Positions 28,321 to 36,104 of a stretch of 64,000 bases of DNA are shown piece after piece; positions within the stretch are counted from its first letter, which is position 1, and each line of letters begins with the position of its first letter. The notes under the pieces were generated by a model, which did not search any database, was not told the DNA's origin, and saw only the letters and a program-made list of their open reading frames with translations. Source of the DNA: an archaeon (GTDB taxonomy: Archaea; Iainarchaeota; Iainarchaeia; Iainarchaeales; JAAZKV01); NCBI GenBank assembly GCA_041653195.1, contig JBAZFU010000003.1:8912-72911 (forward strand), in the 5' to 3' direction. Position numbers and translations under genes: made by a program.

Positions 28321-29220
28321 ATGGAAAAAACACCCCGCAGGCTCAGAAGGTTTTATCGTCAGGCGGAACAAAAAACAGGGCAACACCGGCGCGGTGGAGA
28401 CGCGGAAGAACGAAACGGAAACGAAGAAGATTATTACGGGCTCGGAGCGGGTTATGATACCCCTGCCTATTCGGAACACTCGCCCCATCAGCCCCTTTCA
28501 GGAATTCCGACAATGAGCTATGAAGACATCAACATCGATGAAAAAAACTATCGCGAACTAAAAAAATTCGAACAGAAAAAAAAAGAAGAGGATTTGGCGC
28601 TTGTAGAAATAGCGAAATTTAAGGAAAAAAACAAGCGCATGCCCAACAAAGAGGAAGCGGAACAAATCGCGGAAAATATTTACACCCAGCTAAAAGACAG
28701 CAATGTTTCCGAACTCTACCCAAAAGAAGAAATTGCGGAAAGCGAAGCTCAGCAAACGGAAGGTAAAAGGGAAAACTGGCGTGATAGAAGATCAAGAAGG
28801 GCTATGCGGAGAGGCGAAGTAAAAGAAAACCCTGTTGAAGAGGAAAAAGGAATTGAGCCGATTGCGCCTGTTTCCGCCGAACCGATTAAAAACATAAAAT
28901 CTTTACTTGAAGACGAATCATTTGACATCGGAGACGAAAAAAAATCGCCCGGCAAAAAAAACGGCGCTGATAACGAATTCGATTTGGGAGAGGGTTTTGA
29001 CGAAGAAGGCGGAGAAATTAATTTGGACGAAGAACCGGAAGAAATCGTGGCGGTTGAAAAAGCCGACAAGAAGGAAAACCTTTGCACAAATTGCAAGGCA
29101 AAAACGGATAAAATTATTTACTGCCCTAAATGCGGGAAGGCATATTGCGCAAAATGCGCGGCGGCATATTCCGAAGGAAAATATTCCTGCCCGAGCTGCG
29201 GAACAAAAACAAAAATCTAA
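28321..29220 (+). CDS. Acidic, partly disordered protein with a C-terminal 8-Cys zinc finger
   Basis: Long Glu/Asp-rich linker; C-terminus CTNC-x9-CPKC-x4-CAKC-x10-CPSC. Confidence 0.75.
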   Translation: MEKTPRRLRRFYRQAEQKTGQHRRGGDAEERNGNEEDYYGLGAGYDTPAYSEHSPHQPLSGIPTMSYEDINIDEKNYRELKKFEQKKKEEDLALVEIAKFKEKNKRMPNKEEAEQIAENIYTQLKDSNVSELYPKEEIAESEAQQTEGKRENWRDRRSRRAMRRGEVKENPVEEEKGIEPIAPVSAEPIKNIKSLLEDESFDIGDEKKSPGKKNGADNEFDLGEGFDEEGGEINLDEEPEEIVAVEKADKKENLCTNCKAKTDKIIYCPKCGKAYCAKCAAAYSEGKYSCPSCGTKTKI

Positions 29221-30072
29221 TTATGAAGGAATAAGCGTGTCTTCATAATCAGACCTATTGACAAGCATGCAATTGAAATCCGCTTTATGCGAATCGCTTT
29301 CGAGCGACCTGAGGCTTGTTATGTCCTTTGAAACCCAGAGATCAAGTTCCATTACATAATTCGCTCCGCCGCTTACGTTAATTTTCCCATCAGCGGCTTT
29401 CACCGATTTTGCCAAAAATATTTTGCTTGCTGCAGAATCGACTTTTCCCGTGTAGGGAAAAACCTTGTCTTTTAACACCGTTGCGCTTGTGGGCGAATCA
29501 ATCGGCGGAAGACAATAATACATTCTTCTTTCACTTCCGACTATCCTGTTAGCGTCATCAACTTTACAATCGACCCCCGATTCATCCTTTATGCATTCAT
29601 GAAGCCCTATCAGAAGGAACAGAAACTTCTGCGAATCCTCCTGAAAAAAATAGAATGCGTAATCGACCGAGTGCTCAAACGGTTTCATTACCGTATGCAC
29701 GGTGTTTGCAATCGCTTTTTTTGTCGGCGGGCTTAAATAGGGGGAACCGGCCGCGCTTGTCTGCGAATAATCTTCCTTAATCATAGTAAGCAAATAATCA
29801 TATTGCGGATCGGGCCCCTCGTCGGCGTAAATGCTATTGCCGTCGCGCATAACATTCACATAGGCGATTACTTTAAGCGTGTCCATCGCGAAATCGCTTG
29901 AGTAAAAAGAATTAATCTGGTCCTCAATTGTTATGCCGTAATTTATTATAAAATAAAATAAGAGCGTGCAGAGCATTGCAACTATTGCAAGGAAAAAAAG
30001 AGAATCTGTTAGAGCTGCCTGCCCGCGGGAATCAATTTGATTAGGGAAAAATTTTTTTTTAAAAAATTTCAT
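29221..30072 (-). CDS. Class III signal-peptide (pilin-like) protein
   Basis: SRG|QAALTDSLFFLAIVAMLCTLLFYFII; ATGA overlap with the upstream gene; GGTGGTG SD. Confidence 0.7.
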   Translation of the reverse strand: MKFFKKKFFPNQIDSRGQAALTDSLFFLAIVAMLCTLLFYFIINYGITIEDQINSFYSSDFAMDTLKVIAYVNVMRDGNSIYADEGPDPQYDYLLTMIKEDYSQTSAAGSPYLSPPTKKAIANTVHTVMKPFEHSVDYAFYFFQEDSQKFLFLLIGLHECIKDESGVDCKVDDANRIVGSERRMYYCLPPIDSPTSATVLKDKVFPYTGKVDSAASKIFLAKSVKAADGKINVSGGANYVMELDLWVSKDITSLRSLESDSHKADFNCMLVNRSDYEDTLIPS

Positions 30073-30710
30073 TGCCACACCACCATAACCATTATCGCCG
30101 GCGCGACAACGCTATGCTCGCCGGAAACCGAAAATTTTGTTTGAACCGCTACGGGATAAAATTTTATTATGTAATTTTTTTGGCTGCAATCAAAACTTTT
30201 TGAACCAACTTTTACATACTCGCAAAAATATTTGCAGCTCAACTCGCTTCCGGCATCGCAATCTTGAAAAAGGTCCGGAAGCAGAGCGGTTTTATTAAAA
30301 CCGGGTTCGCCGGCATCAAATGCGCTGCTGGAACAATTTAACATATTGGAAAGAGCATCGCCTGAAACGCCGGCATCGGAAGAACTTTGCCCCACAAGAT
30401 AAATTCCAACCGCAAAGTTGTAAGGGATTTTTTCTGACCGAACGTCATTGCATTTTCCCTTAAACTGATCCAAGCTTAGAATCAGTGAATCCCCTTTAAT
30501 TTCTCTTGAAATTGAAATCATTTTTACTTTCTGGTTGAATTCCTCATTTTTTGTTTCATAATTATTCAGAGTTGCGGAAAACACTGTAAAAAAAAGCAAG
30601 AGCGCAAAAACAATCGGTATGAGCGACGGCAAATCATCCCCTATTGCGCCGATAAAACCTTTCGAAGAGAAAAATTTTTTTAACCGCTTTTTTGTTTTAG
30701 AAAAAACCAT
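30069..30710 (-). CDS. Class III signal-peptide (pilin-like) protein
   Basis: SKG|FIGAIGDDLPSLIPIVFALLLFFTVF; Cys-rich C-terminal domain; start moved to ATG 30710. Confidence 0.65.
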   Translation of the reverse strand: MVFSKTKKRLKKFFSSKGFIGAIGDDLPSLIPIVFALLLFFTVFSATLNNYETKNEEFNQKVKMISISREIKGDSLILSLDQFKGKCNDVRSEKIPYNFAVGIYLVGQSSSDAGVSGDALSNMLNCSSSAFDAGEPGFNKTALLPDLFQDCDAGSELSCKYFCEYVKVGSKSFDCSQKNYIIKFYPVAVQTKFSVSGEHSVVAPAIMVMVVWQ

Positions 30711-30727
30711 TGAATCACCAAAAAATA

Positions 30728-31504
30728 TTAATTCGGCGCCATACTCAACGCTTTGCACTTTAAATAAGTGTTGTTTTTCGAAGAAATGTCATCACTCAAA
30801 TAATCGTTCACAAAACAGGAGGGAATTTTTTGATTGTCTTGATAATTTCCAAGCATGGCTTTATAGCAGCCGACTTCGGAAAGAACTTTAGCGCAATTTC
30901 CAAGAATGGAACTGGTGCAGGGAATAATGTAAAGCGTTTTATTTCCGTCGGAAATTTCTTTTACAATATAAAACGAATCAACTGGTATTTCGGCACGCGG
31001 AAAAAGAACCAGCGGCTTAGGGCCGCTCAAATTCATATTGCCAATATCGTATACAGTCGGTTCTATTTGAGATAAATTTAAACGCACCACCTCATCGCTT
31101 ATCAGAACAATATCCGCATCGGTTGTGACGCTTTGCGATGCAACAACTTTCCTGTTAGGATTCGTTTTTCCGAGTTCGTTATTGTAAAGTGAAAGAATCA
31201 ACTCATTTTTTTTCGGCTCGGAAGACGAGCCTGCATAAATATTGACCACTTGAAAATCGATTTCATACAAAGCGCTTTCGTTTATTCCATACCTGAGCCT
31301 ATCCGGTATGCCGACAACTTTTCTTGAGCACAACGCGTCCTGATTTATTTGCCCGCCAATCGTCAACACGTTTTGCTGGAGAAGATTTGTCGCGGCGGTC
31401 GTTAAATCTCTTCCCTGAATAAAAAAAAGAAACGCCAATGCGATTACAAATATTCCTGTTGCGAAAAGAAGCATGTTCATTTTGCTTAAAATAAAACTAA
31501 GCAT
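30728..31504 (-). CDS. N-anchored pilin-like protein lacking an obvious cleavable leader
   Basis: MLSFILSKMNMLLFATGIFVIALAFLFFI then a soluble domain with Cys pairs; inside the pilin operon. Confidence 0.6.
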   Translation of the reverse strand: MLSFILSKMNMLLFATGIFVIALAFLFFIQGRDLTTAATNLLQQNVLTIGGQINQDALCSRKVVGIPDRLRYGINESALYEIDFQVVNIYAGSSSEPKKNELILSLYNNELGKTNPNRKVVASQSVTTDADIVLISDEVVRLNLSQIEPTVYDIGNMNLSGPKPLVLFPRAEIPVDSFYIVKEISDGNKTLYIIPCTSSILGNCAKVLSEVGCYKAMLGNYQDNQKIPSCFVNDYLSDDISSKNNTYLKCKALSMAPN

Positions 31505-31552
31505 TTTTCATCACACCAAATAAATAAAATTAAATAAAAAAAACTCACTTCA

Positions 31553-32182
31553 TTATGATTTATGATAAATACAAACCCTTGGTGTTTCCTGCCCTATTGA
31601 TGAAACATTTTCAAAAATGTAACTTCCCGATTTTAGTCTCGGCTGCCCTTCGGCAACAATTGTGGAACCGGAAGTTACGGATAAAAGTTCGGGCATTATC
31701 ACTGTATAACCTTCTTCTGCCCCCCCTTCCTCAGTTCCGGAACAAGCGTCACCGGTTTCAAAGTTTGTGAATTCGGGCACGTCAAGGCACTTGCTTATGT
31801 AACCGCCTGAAATGTCGGGCGTGTAAAAAACAAATATGTGACATCGCTCTGTCGGCCTGCCGCAGGCGAGATTGCAATTGCTTGAACTGTTAGGGCCAGC
31901 TCGCTCTACCTGTATTCCGATAGTCGCTTTGTTTTCGTTGAAACAATCGTCAAATTTTAAAAAAAACTTGCTGCTACTTCTGTACTCAACAGTATTATGC
32001 AGATTAAGAATAAATTTTTCTATTTCTTTATCGTTATTGTTTTTGCACACTTGCTGCTGGACCTGCATTAACAAAGAGGTGCCGATTATTATGACAAAGG
32101 CCATTATTATCACTGCAACCATCAGTTCGAATGGTGCGCTGACTTGTCCGCGTTGGCTTATTTTTTTAGCGGCACTTTTCAC
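31553..32182 (-). CDS. Class III signal-peptide (pilin-like) protein
   Basis: QRG|QVSAPFELMVAVIIMAFVIIIG; GTG start with AGGTGG SD; multiple Cys. Confidence 0.8.
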   Translation of the reverse strand: MKSAAKKISQRGQVSAPFELMVAVIIMAFVIIIGTSLLMQVQQQVCKNNNDKEIEKFILNLHNTVEYRSSSKFFLKFDDCFNENKATIGIQVERAGPNSSSNCNLACGRPTERCHIFVFYTPDISGGYISKCLDVPEFTNFETGDACSGTEEGGAEEGYTVIMPELLSVTSGSTIVAEGQPRLKSGSYIFENVSSIGQETPRVCIYHKS

Positions 32183-32190
32183 GAAACCAC

Positions 32191-32364
32191 CTAACTGCTC
32201 GAAGTGCTTTTCGGAATGCTTTTTTGCGCCTGCTGGAACATCGGTTTTGCAATGAGAATAAGCAATAGAGCTACGATTGCGAAAACAAGTATCAAATAGA
32301 CTGCGCCGAAATCGGAAGAAGCACTTTCCTCGAAAAAAAGCTCTTTAGCTTCACGAAGTTTCAT
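32191..32364 (-). CDS. 57-aa single-TM small protein (pilin-like), absent from the ORF track
   Basis: Manual translation MKLREAKELFFEESASSDFGAVYLILVFAIVALLLILIAKPMFQQAQKSIPKSTSSS*; fills the operon gap, and its stop overlaps the next gene's SD. Confidence 0.7.
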   Translation of the reverse strand: MKLREAKELFFEESASSDFGAVYLILVFAIVALLLILIAKPMFQQAQKSIPKSTSSS

Positions 32365-32425
32365 AAAAAAAATAATGAGGAAAGAAGTATATAAGGCTAT
32401 ACTTCTTTCAAAAAAAGTTTGAAAA

Positions 32426-32953
32426 TTATGCCCTCTTTATTACCACTAAACAGCAGGGCTGATATTCGCCGTCTAAACCACAGATTTCCATATCTGCTTC
32501 TCCGCTGATATCAAGCTCTAATGGCCCAATGGTATCTGCCAGAGATTGCCCTGTTGCCTCACAATAAACCGACGCTTTTGCTTTCAACTGCGTTGCACCC
32601 TTGTAAATGAACTGTGAGAATGCTTCTTCTGCGGAACTCGGGGGGAGATAAATTAAATTATTGCCCGCAAGTGAACTGGAAGTTTCAAAAATTATTGAAT
32701 GCTGATCAAAACCCTCTTTTGAAAATTGTTTACTTGTAAGAGTATCGTCCTTTTTAAGCACAAATTCCTGACTTGTTTGCGCACCGCCGTTTTTTACCGC
32801 GTTCAAAGTATTCGCGATGTTGTCCCTCGCGGAACCGCTCGGAGTAATTAGATTATTTATAATCGGCAATAGCACAAAAAGAATTGCGACCGCTATTATT
32901 GCGGCAATCATTAATTCAAAAACACTAAAAGCTTGTCCTCGTTGGTTTAACAA
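32426..32953 (-). CDS. Class III signal-peptide (pilin-like) protein
   Basis: QRG|QAFSVFELMIAAIIAVAILFVLL; TTG start with GAGGTG SD. Confidence 0.82.
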   Translation of the reverse strand: MLNQRGQAFSVFELMIAAIIAVAILFVLLPIINNLITPSGSARDNIANTLNAVKNGGAQTSQEFVLKKDDTLTSKQFSKEGFDQHSIIFETSSSLAGNNLIYLPPSSAEEAFSQFIYKGATQLKAKASVYCEATGQSLADTIGPLELDISGEADMEICGLDGEYQPCCLVVIKRA

Positions 32954-32958
32954 AAAAA

Positions 32959-32964
32959 CACCTC
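32959..32964 (-). promoter_or_regulatory. Shine-Dalgarno GAGGTG
   Basis: GAGGTG followed by 5 nt and TTG 32953. Confidence 0.6.
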
Positions 32965-33014
32965 TTTCACTTAGTGAGAGTCAAAGTAATATTTAAACCT
33001 TGCTCCAGTTAGCC

Positions 33015-33578
33015 CTAATCTGCAGGCGGGCATTGAATAAAATCATTATTCGAAATTTGCTGTCCGAAAGAAATATTGCAGCAAATTTCTATGCAGTCTA
33101 ATTTGCAAATCCCGCCGTCACCAACAGGGTTTAGTCCTTCTCCGCAACCGGTTTTGCACGCAGTTAATTGGTCAGCCGGCTTGCAGATTGCATAAACTTT
33201 TGCCTGAACAGACCGATTAAATGTTATGGAATAGGGGTTGGTCAAAATTTCTACAGCTGAAAGGTTTGATAAAAGCACAAAAGAGCGCGGAGGTTCGCCT
33301 GTGAGCGCGGAAAGATTTGAAACCGTGTATCCTCTTCCTTCAGGAAAAGAAAGTTCTCTTGAGGCAATTACTTCTCCGCTCGGAAGCTTAACCGCTGAAA
33401 GCATGAGTTCGTTGAATTCTTTTGTTGAAATGTCCTGCATCATTCCCTGAAATTGTTGGAGCGCTGAAATTATTATTATCAAAACTGCGAGCATTATTAT
33501 CGAATCAACCATTAGGCGGAAAACTGCGCCGGCCTGTGCTTTTTCCTCCGAAAAAAAATTTGAAAAAAATTTTTTCAT
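33015..33578 (-). CDS. Class III signal-peptide (pilin-like) protein
   Basis: EKA|QAGAVFRLMVDSIIMLAVLIIII; Cys-rich C-terminus. Confidence 0.75.
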   Translation of the reverse strand: MKKFFSNFFSEEKAQAGAVFRLMVDSIIMLAVLIIIISALQQFQGMMQDISTKEFNELMLSAVKLPSGEVIASRELSFPEGRGYTVSNLSALTGEPPRSFVLLSNLSAVEILTNPYSITFNRSVQAKVYAICKPADQLTACKTGCGEGLNPVGDGGICKLDCIEICCNISFGQQISNNDFIQCPPAD

Positions 33579-33599
33579 AAAAAAACCCGTTAAACTAAA

Positions 33600-36053
33600 T
33601 TACCCGCCCTGAGTAAGTATCATTGATATGAGCGTGTTGCCCATAAAAACGGTTGCGACAAATACGAGCATCGCAATCGGCAATGCTTTTGCAAGGTTAA
33701 TTCTGAAAAGCAGTTCATTATCTTCCTGTATTTTTGTGGTAAAATAAATCATTATTATTACAATTTCGATTACATAGATTCCGATGATTATGAGAAATTG
33801 AAGCGGGGAAGCGAATGTTCCGAAAACCGCAGGCTTGATGTCGAACATGGTGCCGATGTTTGAAAGCGTTGAAAGATTTCCTCCGACAGAGCCGCCCGCT
33901 TCAACCGCGGTTTTTGGGGCCAGCGGATCCGAAACTAAGCCGGCAAGAGTATTTATCACAACTTTTTGAAGCGCGGCAGTTATTCCAAGCACTATTGGCG
34001 CGATAAAAATCGCCATAGTTTGCATTGTAGTACTTACTTCCGAAACCATGTCTTTGAGCCCTTTGTTTACTTTGTCAATGTTGTCCATTTGGAGCGAGAG
34101 GCTCATCAGTGTTCTGGAAGCGACTTCTACTCCGAGAGAAACAGAATCAACAAGGAGACGCATTGCAGTATTCAAAGTATCGGAAGGAATTCCTTTCATT
34201 GAACCGTAAACCGGGCTGAAGACTGCTGTCTCAAGCGGCATTCCAAGGAGCTCAATATTCTCAATTGTCTTTGCAAAAATTCTTTCGCTAATTTTCAGAT
34301 TAGGCAAAAAGTTTTTTGCGTGTTTCAGCGCGTTCTCAACAGGTTTGTTTTCCCCCATTCGCGAAGCGATTAGATACATTGATTCTTTGAATTCGCTTTC
34401 CATTTGCATTATTTCGAGCTGGGCTTTGCGCTTGTAAATGTTCCTGTAATAAAGCATGAAAGCTACGGCGCATGCAAGGGTAATCATCATGCCGAACCAG
34501 AAAACGTATTTTGTCGGATCATTTTTCGGATTGCTTGTGAACATCAATTGTTTTTGGATTACGGCGGCGGCAACTTCTTCGCCGGAACTTTCACCGTACG
34601 TCCTTATTAGTTGCGTATAATACGAACCTTGCTTCAAGTCATAGTAATCAATGAAATAAAAATCAAAAACTTTTTTTCCATAATAATCCGAAGCCTTGTT
34701 GTCTTTCAGCAGAACTTCTTCCATTGTTTTGTCCGCGGAAAGAATCTGGTAATATGCGCCTTCATCGTTTTCGGATGAAAGCAAAAATTTTGGCGGAAGC
34801 CCTTCTACCGAAAGGAAGAGCGAAATTCCAAAACCGATTGCGATAATAACAAAAAAAACGAATCTAACATCGAGGACTCCACCGCCTTTCATTTTCATCT
34901 GCCACTTTTTCGGCAAACCCATGTAATCATCGTTAATAATCGGCGGTTCGTATGTCGGAGGTCTTTTTTGCACAACTCCTTTTGCGAAATTGTAAGCGAT
35001 GAGCGGGATTACAACACAAAAAACCAGGAACAATATTTCCGGGCGGGCAAAAGGCTGACCGGAAAAAGCGGAGCCGACAGGAAGAATTATTATTAATAAA
35101 AGGGGAAGCAAAACTCCCATGTAGAATAGCATTATTGACGGCTGGTTCAAACTGCGGGCGTAATCCTCCATTTTTCCTTTCACGCTGTCAAGAACCTGCG
35201 ACATTGTTTTGTCTAACAATTGGTAGCGGCGGGATTCGCTCGGTTCCATTACGGATGCGCGAATTCGCATGAGCGCTTCTTTTAACTCCGAAGAGTATTT
35301 TCCCCAATTGTATGCGAGTGCGTCGAGGCCTTCGCTTACAGAACCGTAAACTCCTATTTGAAAATCCCATAAAACTTTTTTGAAATCGGCCGCGACTTTT
35401 CCTCTTCCGTGTTTTGCCGAAAATTCAATCGCTTTCTCAAGGTTTGGAACGAGTTTCATCGACATTATGAGATAGCCGACTATTTGGGGAACGTATGTGA
35501 GCGCCTTGTTTTTTTCGGAATCAGCTATCACAATCGGATAATTATAAATGTAATAAATTATTATTCCTAAAAAGCCGAGGAGAACCGCTGCGAGGAAAAG
35601 GAACGGCGTTGTCGGGTCGCCCCCGAAAGAAGAAAAAATCGGAGAATCGTAGCCGATTATTTGATAAGTGTAGTAAGGGTCATTTACTGTTCCGCCGATT
35701 TGTATTCCTACTCCGAAAATGTATCCTAGAATGAGAACGACCACTATGGGCACTATTGCCGTCATGAAAGTGCCTTTTATTCCGGCCATGAATTCCGCTG
35801 CTGTGAGGCGCCAACCCAAAAAATTTATTGCGTCCTGATGCTGTTCGGAAAAGGAAGCGTTTTTTCCAAGCGAAGGATTTTTTCTGTACAAATCTTTGCA
35901 GTATTTTACAAACGCGTTGTCCTGTTCAACGGAAGTTTTTCCGTTTTCATCCTCAAATGAAATGTCGCCGAGTGCGGTGATTCTGCTGTAGAGCTGGCCG
36001 GGGCTCGCCTCGGACTTGTATTTTTCACTCAGCTCTTTTTTTTTCGATGCCAT
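33600..36053 (-). CDS. Large T2SSF platform protein with two F domains (fused TadB/TadC or FlaJ-like), locus 2
   Basis: Two F-domain patterns (PNLEKAIEF...GKVAADFKKVL and ENKPVENAL...MPLETAVF) separated by TM bundles. Confidence 0.8.
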   Translation of the reverse strand: MASKKKELSEKYKSEASPGQLYSRITALGDISFEDENGKTSVEQDNAFVKYCKDLYRKNPSLGKNASFSEQHQDAINFLGWRLTAAEFMAGIKGTFMTAIVPIVVVLILGYIFGVGIQIGGTVNDPYYTYQIIGYDSPIFSSFGGDPTTPFLFLAAVLLGFLGIIIYYIYNYPIVIADSEKNKALTYVPQIVGYLIMSMKLVPNLEKAIEFSAKHGRGKVAADFKKVLWDFQIGVYGSVSEGLDALAYNWGKYSSELKEALMRIRASVMEPSESRRYQLLDKTMSQVLDSVKGKMEDYARSLNQPSIMLFYMGVLLPLLLIIILPVGSAFSGQPFARPEILFLVFCVVIPLIAYNFAKGVVQKRPPTYEPPIINDDYMGLPKKWQMKMKGGGVLDVRFVFFVIIAIGFGISLFLSVEGLPPKFLLSSENDEGAYYQILSADKTMEEVLLKDNKASDYYGKKVFDFYFIDYYDLKQGSYYTQLIRTYGESSGEEVAAAVIQKQLMFTSNPKNDPTKYVFWFGMMITLACAVAFMLYYRNIYKRKAQLEIMQMESEFKESMYLIASRMGENKPVENALKHAKNFLPNLKISERIFAKTIENIELLGMPLETAVFSPVYGSMKGIPSDTLNTAMRLLVDSVSLGVEVASRTLMSLSLQMDNIDKVNKGLKDMVSEVSTTMQTMAIFIAPIVLGITAALQKVVINTLAGLVSDPLAPKTAVEAGGSVGGNLSTLSNIGTMFDIKPAVFGTFASPLQFLIIIGIYVIEIVIIMIYFTTKIQEDNELLFRINLAKALPIAMLVFVATVFMGNTLISMILTQGG

Positions 36054-36104
36054 TAAAAAAACCCTAAACTAAAAATAATTTTGAAATGATTTTTTTAACA
36101 AAAA

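Noticed and set aside
28321-28511. Possible ncRNA in the GC-richer 5' part of the zinc-finger gene
   Set aside because: It reads as a continuous open frame from an ATG just downstream of the previous gene, and no convincing stem structure was found.
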